In this document: piece by piece, positions 39,626 to 48,948 of the stretch | How positions within the stretch are numbered: position 1 is the first letter of the stretch | How the letters are laid out: every line of letters starts with the position of its first letter | Assembly: GCA_964252585.1 (NCBI GenBank) | Contig: CAXUOD010000003.1 | Span: 1 to 63,721, forward strand | Direction of reading: 5' to 3' | Length of the DNA: 63,721 bases | From: an uncultured Lichenihabitans sp. | Lineage (GTDB): Bacteria; Pseudomonadota; Alphaproteobacteria; Rhizobiales; Beijerinckiaceae | The notes under the pieces: generated by a model | The model's input: only the letters and a program-made list of their open reading frames with translations | Told to the model about the DNA's origin: nothing | Database searches by the model: none | Program-made: the position numbers and the translations under genes

Positions 39626-41194
39626 TCAGGCGCCCGCCAGCATCTTGCCGAGCATGAAGCCCGATCCGGCCCCGACGCCGGCGCCGGGCCAGGTCGAAGC
39701 GCCGACGAGGTACAGGTTCCTGACCGGCGTCTTGTAGCGCGACCAGCCGAAGGCCGGGCGGAACATGAAGTTCTGATCGAGGTGGTGGCTGCCGCCCAGG
39801 CTGTCGCCGCCGATGAGATTGACGTTGTCGCGTTCGAGATCGGCCGGCGACAGCACCGCCCGGCCGAGGACCGAGCTCTTGAACCCCGGCGCGTAGCCCT
39901 CGATCAGCGCCTCGACCCGATCGGCGTAGCGCTCCTTGACGTCGTCCCAGTCGCCGGCCCCGATGTCGCCCGCGGCATCGCCACGGATCTCGGCCGGCAG
40001 CACGCGGACCTGGACCCACAGGATGTGACGCCCTTCGGGCGCGCGGTCGGGATCGAGGGCCGTCGGCTGGCCGACCACGAGCGCCGGCGCCGCGGGCAGC
40101 AATCCTGCACGGGCGTCGTCGTAGGTCCGGGCCATGGCCGCGAAATCGGGGGCGAGGTGCACATAGGCGAAGCGCCGGAGTGCCGCGCCCGCAGTCCAAT
40201 CCGGCAAGCCGCTCAAGGCATAATGCACCATCATCGTGCCGGGGCCGGACTTGAAGCCGTCGAGTTTCTCGCGAAAGGCGGCGTGATCGTCACCTTTGAC
40301 CAGGGTTCCGAACACGCGTTGCGGGTGCACGTTGGCGATCACGGCCCGCGTCGCCTCGACGGTCCGGCCGTCGCGGAGCTCGACGGCGCGCGCCTTGTTG
40401 CCCGCGCAGGACACGGCGTCGACCGTCGTGCCGAGGTGCACTTCGCCACCCTGCTCCTTCAAGGCACCGACGAGGCTCTTGATCACCGTGTCGGCCCCGC
40501 CCCGGCCCACCACCATGCCGAAGCTCTGGCAGGCCATCGATTCGAGGTAGGGGAACAGCGCGCCACCGGCCGCGTCCGGCGGGAAGTCGAGATGCAGGCC
40601 CCAGACCCCCATCATGGCCTTGAGCTTCGGGCTCTCGAAATGGCGGTCGAGGAAATCGCGCGGCGACGACAAGAGCAGCCGCGCCAGCGCGCCGACGCCG
40701 GGCATGCCCTTCGCCCGGTACAGGGCCCAGACGGCCTGCATCGCCTTGCGGGACGGCATCGGCGACCCGAGGACCGCGAAGATATGCGGGGCCTCGGCCG
40801 CGAAACCCGTGACCATGCTGCGCCACTCCGCGGCGTCGCGCGGCGAAACGGCAGCGATGCGGCCGGCCGTCATCTCGAGGTCCTGGCTGACGCCGAGCCA
40901 GGTGCCGTCGGGGAAGGCGGTCGCGAAGCTGTCGGGCGCGGGCACGAAGGCGAGGCCGTGCCGCAGCAGGAGCTCCTTGTGGGCGGCGAAGAAGGGCGAG
41001 CCCGCGAACAGGCTCATGTTCATGGCGTAGACGTCGTGGCGGAAGCCGGGCAGCGTGACTTCCGCGGTCCGGACCGCGCCGCCCGGCACCTCGGCCTTTT
41101 CGAACACGGCGACCTTCCACCCTTTGCTGGCGAGGTGGACCGCGGCCGCGAGGCCATTGTGGCCGGCCCCAACGACGATCGCGTCATAAGCCAT
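39626..41194 (-). CDS. Phytoene-desaturase-family FAD-dependent oxidoreductase (copy 1)
   Basis: DAIVVGAGHNGL, GGAVRTAEVTLPGFRHD, SPADLE, LYLVGASTWPGAGVGAGSG. Confidence 0.88.
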   Translation of the reverse strand: MAYDAIVVGAGHNGLAAAVHLASKGWKVAVFEKAEVPGGAVRTAEVTLPGFRHDVYAMNMSLFAGSPFFAAHKELLLRHGLAFVPAPDSFATAFPDGTWLGVSQDLEMTAGRIAAVSPRDAAEWRSMVTGFAAEAPHIFAVLGSPMPSRKAMQAVWALYRAKGMPGVGALARLLLSSPRDFLDRHFESPKLKAMMGVWGLHLDFPPDAAGGALFPYLESMACQSFGMVVGRGGADTVIKSLVGALKEQGGEVHLGTTVDAVSCAGNKARAVELRDGRTVEATRAVIANVHPQRVFGTLVKGDDHAAFREKLDGFKSGPGTMMVHYALSGLPDWTAGAALRRFAYVHLAPDFAAMARTYDDARAGLLPAAPALVVGQPTALDPDRAPEGRHILWVQVRVLPAEIRGDAAGDIGAGDWDDVKERYADRVEALIEGYAPGFKSSVLGRAVLSPADLERDNVNLIGGDSLGGSHHLDQNFMFRPAFGWSRYKTPVRNLYLVGASTWPGAGVGAGSGFMLGKMLAGA

Positions 41195-41424
41195 GGTCGG
41201 TCGCTCCTTCCGCGTCTCCGGCCAGAGTATTTCCACCTGCATAGAATTTGTCCATGCGGTTGCGGGCGAGGGTCGGTGTCCCCCGTGACGGGTGGTCCGG
41301 AGATCCTCGAATCGTTCGGTTCCTCCCGGCGACGATCCGGGACAGACGGACGGGCTCCGCTCTCCCGGCAACCCTTGCGTTCCCATAGACCGGCCGTACC
41401 ATGGCGGCGAGCGGAGGACGTGGC

Positions 41425-43008
41425 GTGGCGGACAGCGATTACATCGTGGTGGGCAGCGGCATCAACGGCCTGGTCTGCGCCGCCATGCTGGGGTTGAAGG
41501 GGCGCAAGGTCCTGCTCCTCGAACGCAACGACCGGATCGGCGGCTGTCTGCGCACGGAGGCCGTGACGGCGCCGGGGTTCGTGCACGACGTGATGGCGAC
41601 GACCTTCGTGCTCTTCGTCACCTCGCCGGCCTATGCGGCACTCGGCCCGGAGCTCGAGAAGCGCGGCCTTGCCTTCGCGCAGTCCGAGGTCCCGACCGGC
41701 GTACTGCGCCCCGACGGCAGCCACCTCGTCCTGACCCGCTCCCGGGAGACCAACCGCGCCGCCTTCGAGGCCGCCGGAACGGGCGACGGCGCGGCCTTCG
41801 ACCGCGAGATGGGCCTCTTCGGCGCCAATGCGGGCCTCGTCTTTTCCGTGCTCGGCGGACAGCTCTGGTCGAGGCCCATGCTGAAGATCTTGGCCGGGGA
41901 GCTCTGGCGGCGCGGGCCACGCGGCTTCGCGGCGTTCCTCGGCGAAGCCCTCGTGTCGGCCCGGGCGCATCTCGAAGGGCGCTACACGTCGGAGCTCGTG
42001 CGGGCGCTCTTCGCGCCCTGGGTGCTGCACACGGGCCTCGGCCCGGAGAGCGCCTATTCGGGCGAGATGGTCAAGGTGATCGGCTTCGCGCTCGAAGCCG
42101 CGGGTGCCCCTATCGTCAAGGGGGGCGTAGAGACCGCGCTCGATGCCTTCGCCCGCCTGATCCGTGACAAGGGCGGCAGCATCGAAACAGGCGCCGACGT
42201 GGTCACGGTCAGCAGAGACGCGAAAGGCAAGGCGACCGGCGTCGTGCTGGCCGACGGGCGAAGCCACACGGCGCAACGGGGTGTCGTCTGCTCGGTGTCG
42301 CCCGAACGCCTGTACCGCGGCCTGCTGGGCGGCACGGCGCTGCCGCCCGACATCGAAGACGGCCTCGGCCGTTACCGCTACGGCAAGGGCAACATGCAGA
42401 TCCACTACGCGCTGGCGCACCCGCCGCGGGGGGGGGGGGGCCCGGAGCGCGGAATGGTCGCGCTGCTGCATCTCACGTCGGGGCTCGATGGCGTGTCGAA
42501 GGCCGCCAACGAGGCCGAACGCGGGGTGCTGCCGTCCGAACCCACGATCTGCGTCGGGCAGCCGACGGCTCTCGACCCGTCGCGGGCGCCGGACGGCAAG
42601 GCCGTCCTCTGGCTGCAGCTTCCCGAGGCGCCCCGCACCATCAAGGGCGACGCGGCAGGCGAGATCGCCCCCCCAGCCGATGGACGCTGGACCGAGACCA
42701 TCCGGGACGCCTATGCAGACCGGGTCGAGAGGGTCCTCGCCCGCCACATCGACGGGTTCGCGGAGAGTATCCTGGCGCGCCGCGCCTATTCGCCGGCCGA
42801 CCTCGAAGCGTTGAACGTCAACCTCGTGGGCGGAGACCCCTACGGCGGCTATTGCGGGGTCGACCAGTTCTTCCTGTGGCGACCCTTCAAGGGCACGGTC
42901 AACCATCGCACGCCGGTGCCGAACCTCTTTCACATCGGGGCCGCGACCCACCCTGGCCCGGGACTCGGCGGCGGCTCCGGTTTCCTGCTCGCGAAGTCGC
43001 TCTCGTGA
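41425..43008 (+). CDS. Phytoene-desaturase-family FAD-dependent oxidoreductase (copy 2)
   Basis: GGAGGA RBS and GTG; DYIVVGSGINGL, PGFVHD, SPADLE, HIGAATHPGPGLGGGSG; contains a G13 run. Confidence 0.88.
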   Translation: MADSDYIVVGSGINGLVCAAMLGLKGRKVLLLERNDRIGGCLRTEAVTAPGFVHDVMATTFVLFVTSPAYAALGPELEKRGLAFAQSEVPTGVLRPDGSHLVLTRSRETNRAAFEAAGTGDGAAFDREMGLFGANAGLVFSVLGGQLWSRPMLKILAGELWRRGPRGFAAFLGEALVSARAHLEGRYTSELVRALFAPWVLHTGLGPESAYSGEMVKVIGFALEAAGAPIVKGGVETALDAFARLIRDKGGSIETGADVVTVSRDAKGKATGVVLADGRSHTAQRGVVCSVSPERLYRGLLGGTALPPDIEDGLGRYRYGKGNMQIHYALAHPPRGGGGPERGMVALLHLTSGLDGVSKAANEAERGVLPSEPTICVGQPTALDPSRAPDGKAVLWLQLPEAPRTIKGDAAGEIAPPADGRWTETIRDAYADRVERVLARHIDGFAESILARRAYSPADLEALNVNLVGGDPYGGYCGVDQFFLWRPFKGTVNHRTPVPNLFHIGAATHPGPGLGGGSGFLLAKSLS

Positions 43009-43577
43009 GGGTGATCAGGCCTGCGCCGCCCCTGCCGGCCTCCGAGCCGGAGCCGGGACCGCCTCGGATCAAGGCGTCGCAGCGCCCGGCGGCTTTGGTG
43101 GCCTGGCCCGACGGCGACGAGCCGGCGATCACGTCGATCGGCGAGATCGGTCTCAACCATTTCGCCCCCTACCTGCTGAACCGGCTTTCGGCGCGATGGA
43201 ACGGCGAGCTACAGGACCTGCTGAAGAGTCTCGATCTCAGCACCACCCAGTTCCGGGCCCTCGCGGTCCTCACCGTCGCGTCCGGCATCACGGTCAACGA
43301 ACTCGCGGTCTTCGCCGTGACCGAACAATCCACCATGAGTCGAACGCTCGATGCGCTCGAAGAGCAGCAGTTGATCCGCCGCCGCCCCAAGCCCGGCGAC
43401 ATGCGGGTCCGGGAAGTTTTCATCACCGAGCAGGGACTGGCGCTCTTCACCCGGATCTGGCCCGCCATCTACGGGCTCTACGCCCGCTACTTCGACGGGG
43501 TCGACGAGGCCGAGTTCCGCGGCTTCATCGCGACGCTGCATAAAATCCTGCGCAACACCCGCGCCGGGGAGCGATGA
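43005..43577 (+). CDS. MarR-family transcriptional regulator
   Basis: FAPYLLNR, TVNELAVFAVTEQSTMSRTLDALE...DMRVREVFITEQG winged helix; GTG overlaps the previous stop. Confidence 0.88.
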   Translation: MRVIRPAPPLPASEPEPGPPRIKASQRPAALVAWPDGDEPAITSIGEIGLNHFAPYLLNRLSARWNGELQDLLKSLDLSTTQFRALAVLTVASGITVNELAVFAVTEQSTMSRTLDALEEQQLIRRRPKPGDMRVREVFITEQGLALFTRIWPAIYGLYARYFDGVDEAEFRGFIATLHKILRNTRAGER

Positions 43578-43578
43578 G

Positions 43579-45231
43579 ATGGATGCAGGCGCGGCCAGCC
43601 GCCTGGAGGACGGCTTCGCGGCCGACAACCTTCCCCCGAGGGCGCAGTGGCCGGACCTCATCGTCACGCGGCCGGAGTTCGGCCATCCGCCGCGGCTGAA
43701 CTGCGCCGCGGACTTGCTCGACCGCTGGATCGAGAACCGAGATGGCGACCGCCCCTGTCTGATCGACCCGACCGGGACACTGACCTATGCCGCCCTGCAG
43801 GCTCGGGTGAACCGGATCTGCAACGTGCTGGTGAACAGGTTGGGCTTGAGGACCGGCAACCGGGTGCTGCTCCGGTCCGGCAACAGCGCAGCCATGGCGG
43901 CCTGCTATCTCGCGGTCCTCAAGGCGGGCGGGATCGTGGTCGCTACAATGCCGCTGCTGCGTGCCCGGGAGATCGCCTATCCGTTGAACAAGGCCCGTGT
44001 CGCGTTGGCGCTGTGCGACGCGACGCTGGCCGACGAGATGGAGCTTGCGCGGCCGCTCGCGCCGGACCTCGCGCGGGTGGTCTATTGGGGTGACGGTGGC
44101 CCGGAGTCGCTCGAAGCCCTAATGGCCGAGGAAAGTCCCGCGTTCACGGCCGCCGACACGGCCGCGGACGATGTATGCCTCATCGCCTTCACCTCGGGCA
44201 CGACCGGCGTGCCCAAAGGCACGATGCATTTCCACCGCGACATGCTGATCATCTGCGACGGCTTCGCGGCCCAGATCGTCAAGCCGCGTCCGGAGGACCG
44301 CTTCATCGGGTCGGCCCCTTTCGGCTTCACGTTCGGGCTTGCGATGCTGCTGTTTCCGCTCCGCGTCGGGGCCGCGGCCATCCTGCCCGACAGGACCGGG
44401 CCGCACGATCTCGCGCAAGCGATCGCGCAGTTCGGCGCCACGGTCTGTTTTTCGGCACCGACCGCGTACCGGGCCATGCTGGAGCGGCTACCCGAGTACG
44501 ACCTCACCTCGCTGCGACGCTGCATCTCGTCGGGCGAGGCGCTCGACCGCGCCACTTATGATCGTTGGCTCGACGCGACCGGGCTTCGGCTCATCAACGT
44601 GATCGGCGGCACGGAGATGCTGCACGCCTATATGGGCGCGGCCGACGACGACATCCGACCCGGCTCCACCGGCAAGCCTGTGCGGGGCTTCGAGGCAAAA
44701 ATCGTGGACGCTGAAGGGCGGGACCTGCCGCCCAACACGCCCGGCCGCCTCGCCGTACGCGGCCCGCTCGGCTGCCGCTACCTCGCCGACCCGCGGCAGT
44801 CGAGCTATGTGCGGAACGGCTGGAACCTTCCCGGCGACATGTTCCTCGTCGATGAGGAGGGCTACTACTGGTATCAGGCGCGCTCGGACGACATGATCGT
44901 TTCGGCCGGCTATAACATCGCCGGGCCGGAGGTGGAGGCGGCGTTGCTGACCCATCCCGCGGTGGCGGAATGCGGGGTCGTGGCGGCGGCGGACGCCCAT
45001 CGCGGCAGCATCGTCAAAGCCTATGTGGTTCTCCGGCCCGGCATCGCGCCGGACCCTGACCTCGTGAAAGTGCTCCAGGAGCATGTCAAGCGCGAGATCG
45101 CGCCTTACAAGTACCCGCGTGCCATTGCGTTCGTGGCCTCGCTGCCGAAGACCCCGTCCGGCAAGCTGCAGCGCTACGCGCTGCGCAACATGGGAGAGGA
45201 CAAAGGCAGTCTCGTCGCCGGAAGGGATTGA
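43579..45231 (+). CDS. Aryl-CoA ligase, 2-aminobenzoate-CoA ligase (AbmG)-like
   Basis: DNLPPRAQWPD, RLNCA, IAFTSGTTGVPKGTMHFHRD, FGFTFGL, ARSDDMIVSAGYNIAGPEVE, IAPYKYPR. Confidence 0.85.
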   Translation: MDAGAASRLEDGFAADNLPPRAQWPDLIVTRPEFGHPPRLNCAADLLDRWIENRDGDRPCLIDPTGTLTYAALQARVNRICNVLVNRLGLRTGNRVLLRSGNSAAMAACYLAVLKAGGIVVATMPLLRAREIAYPLNKARVALALCDATLADEMELARPLAPDLARVVYWGDGGPESLEALMAEESPAFTAADTAADDVCLIAFTSGTTGVPKGTMHFHRDMLIICDGFAAQIVKPRPEDRFIGSAPFGFTFGLAMLLFPLRVGAAAILPDRTGPHDLAQAIAQFGATVCFSAPTAYRAMLERLPEYDLTSLRRCISSGEALDRATYDRWLDATGLRLINVIGGTEMLHAYMGAADDDIRPGSTGKPVRGFEAKIVDAEGRDLPPNTPGRLAVRGPLGCRYLADPRQSSYVRNGWNLPGDMFLVDEEGYYWYQARSDDMIVSAGYNIAGPEVEAALLTHPAVAECGVVAAADAHRGSIVKAYVVLRPGIAPDPDLVKVLQEHVKREIAPYKYPRAIAFVASLPKTPSGKLQRYALRNMGEDKGSLVAGRD

Positions 45232-45407
45232 GTTCTCTCCAACATGCGCCTCATCCTGGGCCGGCCGCGGATCCCGATCGTGCCCGTCAAAGCTCCGGCG
45301 CGGGCGTGGGTTTGATCATCCAGAGGGCCCACACCCCGTCGCAAGCGGACTCTCAGGCTCCTCGAGACCAAGCACTTTTGCCCTGCCCCGACCTCCCGGC
45401 GCCACTG

Positions 45408-46859
45408 CTACGGCACCCACTGCGGCGCCGTGAGGCGGCGCTTGCCGTCGACCGTCCTGGCGACGCCGGGGTCGGTCAGGCCCACCTTGTCCCAGAGCTG
45501 GCAGGTCACGGTCTTGTGCTTGCCATCGAGGCCTTCGCAATAATTCGTGAAACTGCAGCTGCGGATCTCGCCGCCGCGGCCCGACGCGAGCTTCAAGAAC
45601 CAGTCGGGGTCGGCGAGGGTCTGGCGCGCCGATCCGACGATGTCGCACACGCCGTCGGCCAGCATACGTTCTGCCATCTCGAAACTGTGCACGCCGCCGC
45701 TGCAGACGACCGGCACCGACAACCCGTCGGCCCGGATGGCGGCGCGGATCGCCCGGGTGGGCTCGACGTTTCGACCGAACGGGCCCGTTGCGTCCGAGAT
45801 CGCATGCGGCATGCATTCGTAGCCGCTGCGGCCCGTGTAGGGATAGGCGGCGCCGCCGATCCCGGGCTGCTTCGCATCGTCGAACTTGCCGCCGCGCGAG
45901 GTCGAGATGAAATCCATGCCGGCGCGGGCGAAGTCCCGGCCGAACGTGACCGCATCCGCAAGATCGCTGCCGCCCGCGATACATTCCTCGGCCAGGTAGC
46001 GACAGCCGACCGGCATGTCGGGCCCGACCGCAGCCCGGACAGCGCCAAAGACGTCGAGCGGCAGCCGGACCCGGTTCTCCCGCGAGCCGCCGTAGCCGTC
46101 ACTCCGGCTGTTGGTCGCCGACAGGAACGACGCCATCGTATAGGCATGGGCGTAATGCAGCTCGACGCCATCGAAACCGGCCGCCTGCGCCCGAACGGCC
46201 GCGTCTGAAAACAGTCCGGGCAGGACCTGCGGCAGGTCGCGGATATGCGGGAGGTGCGTGTCGGTCACCCGCTCTCGCGCGCCGAACCGGAGCGCCTCCT
46301 GCTCGCGTTCTGCCAGGATGGCATCACATTCGCGGTCCGGCATGGCCGCTAAGGCGTCGCGAATAGCCGCGTCGTCGAGCCCCGCCAGAGCGGGTGCCTG
46401 CCGATGACGGTCGGTGATCGCGAGGAATTGCCTGAAATACTTCTGCGGATCGGGCCGGCGGCGGATGTTCAGGAAGTCGATCAGTTGGATCAGCAAGCGC
46501 GTCTGGCCGTCGCTTCCCTGCCGCACCGCCTCCGCCAGGCGCCGCAATCCGGGAATGAAGCGGTCATGCCCGATGCGCAGAAGCGGCCCGCTCGGCACGT
46601 CCCGCACGCCGGTCGCCTCGACGACGATCGCGCCGGGCCGCCCTTTCGCGAAGCGTGCGTACCATTCGCAGACGGCATCGGTGACGAAGCCGTCCTCGGT
46701 CGCCCGCCAGGGCACCATCGCGGGCACCCAGGTACGCTGCGTCAAGGTCACAGCGCCCACTCTGACCGGGGAGAACAGGCGCGACTTCGCCGCCGCCTCC
46801 CGCGTCGGGAGTTGTCCGAGTTGGGCCGCGTAGCGTAGGCGTTCGGGCGGTTTCCACAT
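45408..46859 (-). CDS. NADH:flavin oxidoreductase (old yellow enzyme family)
   Basis: WVPAMVPW, AAGFDGVELHYAHAYTMASFLS..NSRSDGYGGSRENRVR, ARQTLADPDW, C-terminal CxxxNxC..CQLW. Confidence 0.88.
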   Translation of the reverse strand: MWKPPERLRYAAQLGQLPTREAAAKSRLFSPVRVGAVTLTQRTWVPAMVPWRATEDGFVTDAVCEWYARFAKGRPGAIVVEATGVRDVPSGPLLRIGHDRFIPGLRRLAEAVRQGSDGQTRLLIQLIDFLNIRRRPDPQKYFRQFLAITDRHRQAPALAGLDDAAIRDALAAMPDRECDAILAEREQEALRFGARERVTDTHLPHIRDLPQVLPGLFSDAAVRAQAAGFDGVELHYAHAYTMASFLSATNSRSDGYGGSRENRVRLPLDVFGAVRAAVGPDMPVGCRYLAEECIAGGSDLADAVTFGRDFARAGMDFISTSRGGKFDDAKQPGIGGAAYPYTGRSGYECMPHAISDATGPFGRNVEPTRAIRAAIRADGLSVPVVCSGGVHSFEMAERMLADGVCDIVGSARQTLADPDWFLKLASGRGGEIRSCSFTNYCEGLDGKHKTVTCQLWDKVGLTDPGVARTVDGKRRLTAPQWVP

Positions 46860-47388
46860 GCGCGACCTCAAAACTGGAGTAGGTCAAACCGGCGCAGGAG
46901 CTTGAGCCCTACAGTTCGTCAAGAGCTGCACGAGCCCTGCGCCACGACGCTTCTCGTCGATTTGGATGCCGTGCTCGTAAAAGTGCGCCTCGCGCATCGC
47001 GAGAACGCTCGACGAATACCAGACGACGGCATTTCCCTCCCGCCCGTCCGAGTCCAACGCGAAACGATTGAGCTGGCCGTCGATGGAGTATGTGAACGTC
47101 GTGTTTCCCCGGAAGCCCAGAGGCGAGGCGCTCTGCCAAACTCCGGGGTGTCGTCTGGCCGAAGGTCTTGCTCGACGGCGGGTCGGAAGATGGGAACTCC
47201 ACCTTCTTCGTCTCGGAAGGGATCCGCTGCGTCGGTCATCGGCGTCTCGATGTTGTTTGCGGCTTTCCAAACTCCCAGACGACCGATCGAGGGTGTGTTA
47301 GCCGATCATGGTTGTCCTCCTGCCTTGCAGAACATACGGCAACATCAAGAAAAGGGACCGTGAACCACACCCTTCCTCGACAGCCTGC

Positions 47389-48948
47389 TCACTCAATATA
47401 AGCGCTGCGCATGGTGCGTAACGCCCCATCGAGCGCAATGCCTTGTTCATCGGCCAGCGCAGCCTCCTTCAGCCGGCGCAGCCAGGCCGCGCTCTCGACC
47501 CGGCCGGCCACGAACGGCACCTCGGCCAGCACGCGATCGAATTTCGAGAGTCCGCGGGCGTGGGTGTCGGAGTAGCCCTTGACCAGGCGGCGACACGCCA
47601 GGGCTTCGACGGCGAGGTCGTAGTCAAGCGGAACGGTGGCCGTGACGACGCTCAGCCAATGCGCCACGTGTTCCGTTTCGCGCGCGTGGCGGAGCGAGCC
47701 GCGACGCCATCTCCCGAGGGCCGCGACCGCGGACAGGCCGAGGAACCAGAGAACCGTTCCGGTGCGGACGCGGCGCCCGCGGTTGACCCACCGGTCGAGG
47801 ACCGCCACGAGCCCTGGCCGCGCCGCGATGGCGCTTCCGATCCCGCGCGGCAAGGTGCCCAGCACCTCCTCCAGGCGCGGATGCATGAATTCGGTCATGT
47901 AGAGGAGTTGATCGGGTTTCGCCGCCACCTCGCGTCGGACGCGGTCGAACCGGCTCGCCCGCGTCTTCAGGTCGGCGACGCGGATCACGTCGTCGTAGCT
48001 CATCGCGACCGCGATGTACTTCGCGGCCTGGGCGGTGAGGGCGAAACCCTTGGCGGGGCCGCCGTACTGCCGGTCGAGCGCCAGGAGCGGCTCGAGCCGA
48101 TCGAGATACTCGCCCGCATAGGCGACATCCTGGTAGTCGACCAGCCGCTCGATGCCCGCGCGGACCAGCATTCGGGCGGGTTCCGGCAGCGCGCGGATAC
48201 GGTCGAGCACGGCATCGAGGGCGGGATGACCGGTGCGCTCCCCGCCTGGGGGAACCGTCTTCGCCTCGGGCTCGACATGGGTGACGTCCCGAGGCTTCTG
48301 TTGCGCCCGCGTGAAGGCGGCCTCGAAGCCTTTGAGGCTCGGCTCGGCCCCCTTGCCGCCCGCCCTGATCGCGGCCTCGTAGGCCTCGCGCGGGAAGGGC
48401 AGCACACCGGCACCCGCGAGGGCGCCGAACAGCGTGGCCGAGATCACCGTGCCGTTGCGCTCCGCCATGGTCTGCATGTCGAAGCTGACGATTGCCTTGG
48501 CCGCGACATCGCCCGCCGCGATCACGGCATCGGAATCGGCGATGCCGTTGCCCGGCCGTTCCTTCTCCTGCACCGCGAAGGAACGGTGGGTCGAGGCGAT
48601 CACGGTCGTGAGGTCGGGCGTGACGAGGCCCCGCATGATGGAGCGTCCCGCCTCCATCCATTCCGCGGCCAGCACCACGTCGACGTCTCCCGGGGTCGGC
48701 ATCAGGGCAAAGATCGGCCGCTTGCCGTTTCGCTCGGGGAGCATTTCGATGTAGTAGATCGTGGCCCCGGTGCGCTGCGCCACGCCCGGCACCGAGGTCG
48801 ACTGGGCGGCCCAGCCCTGGGCTTCGGCGAGCGCCACGATCCAGTCCGCCAGCACGCCGCCGCCCTGGCCGCCCATCGCGAGGATCGCGATCGAGACCGG
48901 CCGGTCGGTGGAAAGCCGCCGAACCCCCGGCGCGTCGACGAGCGTCAT
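47389..48948 (-). CDS. iorB: Indolepyruvate:ferredoxin oxidoreductase beta-family subunit (long form)
   Basis: AMGGQGGGVL, TSVPGVAQRTGATIYY, LVDYQD..YA, MSYDDVIRVA, LVKGYSDTH; ATGA overlap with iorA. Confidence 0.88.
   Translation of the reverse strand: MTLVDAPGVRRLSTDRPVSIAILAMGGQGGGVLADWIVALAEAQGWAAQSTSVPGVAQRTGATIYYIEMLPERNGKRPIFALMPTPGDVDVVLAAEWMEAGRSIMRGLVTPDLTTVIASTHRSFAVQEKERPGNGIADSDAVIAAGDVAAKAIVSFDMQTMAERNGTVISATLFGALAGAGVLPFPREAYEAAIRAGGKGAEPSLKGFEAAFTRAQQKPRDVTHVEPEAKTVPPGGERTGHPALDAVLDRIRALPEPARMLVRAGIERLVDYQDVAYAGEYLDRLEPLLALDRQYGGPAKGFALTAQAAKYIAVAMSYDDVIRVADLKTRASRFDRVRREVAAKPDQLLYMTEFMHPRLEEVLGTLPRGIGSAIAARPGLVAVLDRWVNRGRRVRTGTVLWFLGLSAVAALGRWRRGSLRHARETEHVAHWLSVVTATVPLDYDLAVEALACRRLVKGYSDTHARGLSKFDRVLAEVPFVAGRVESAAWLRRLKEAALADEQGIALDGALRTMRSAYIE

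Noticed and set aside
39626-43008. Carotenoid biosynthesis (crtI)
   Set aside because: No phytoene synthase or GGPP synthase; the context is CoA-dependent catabolism.
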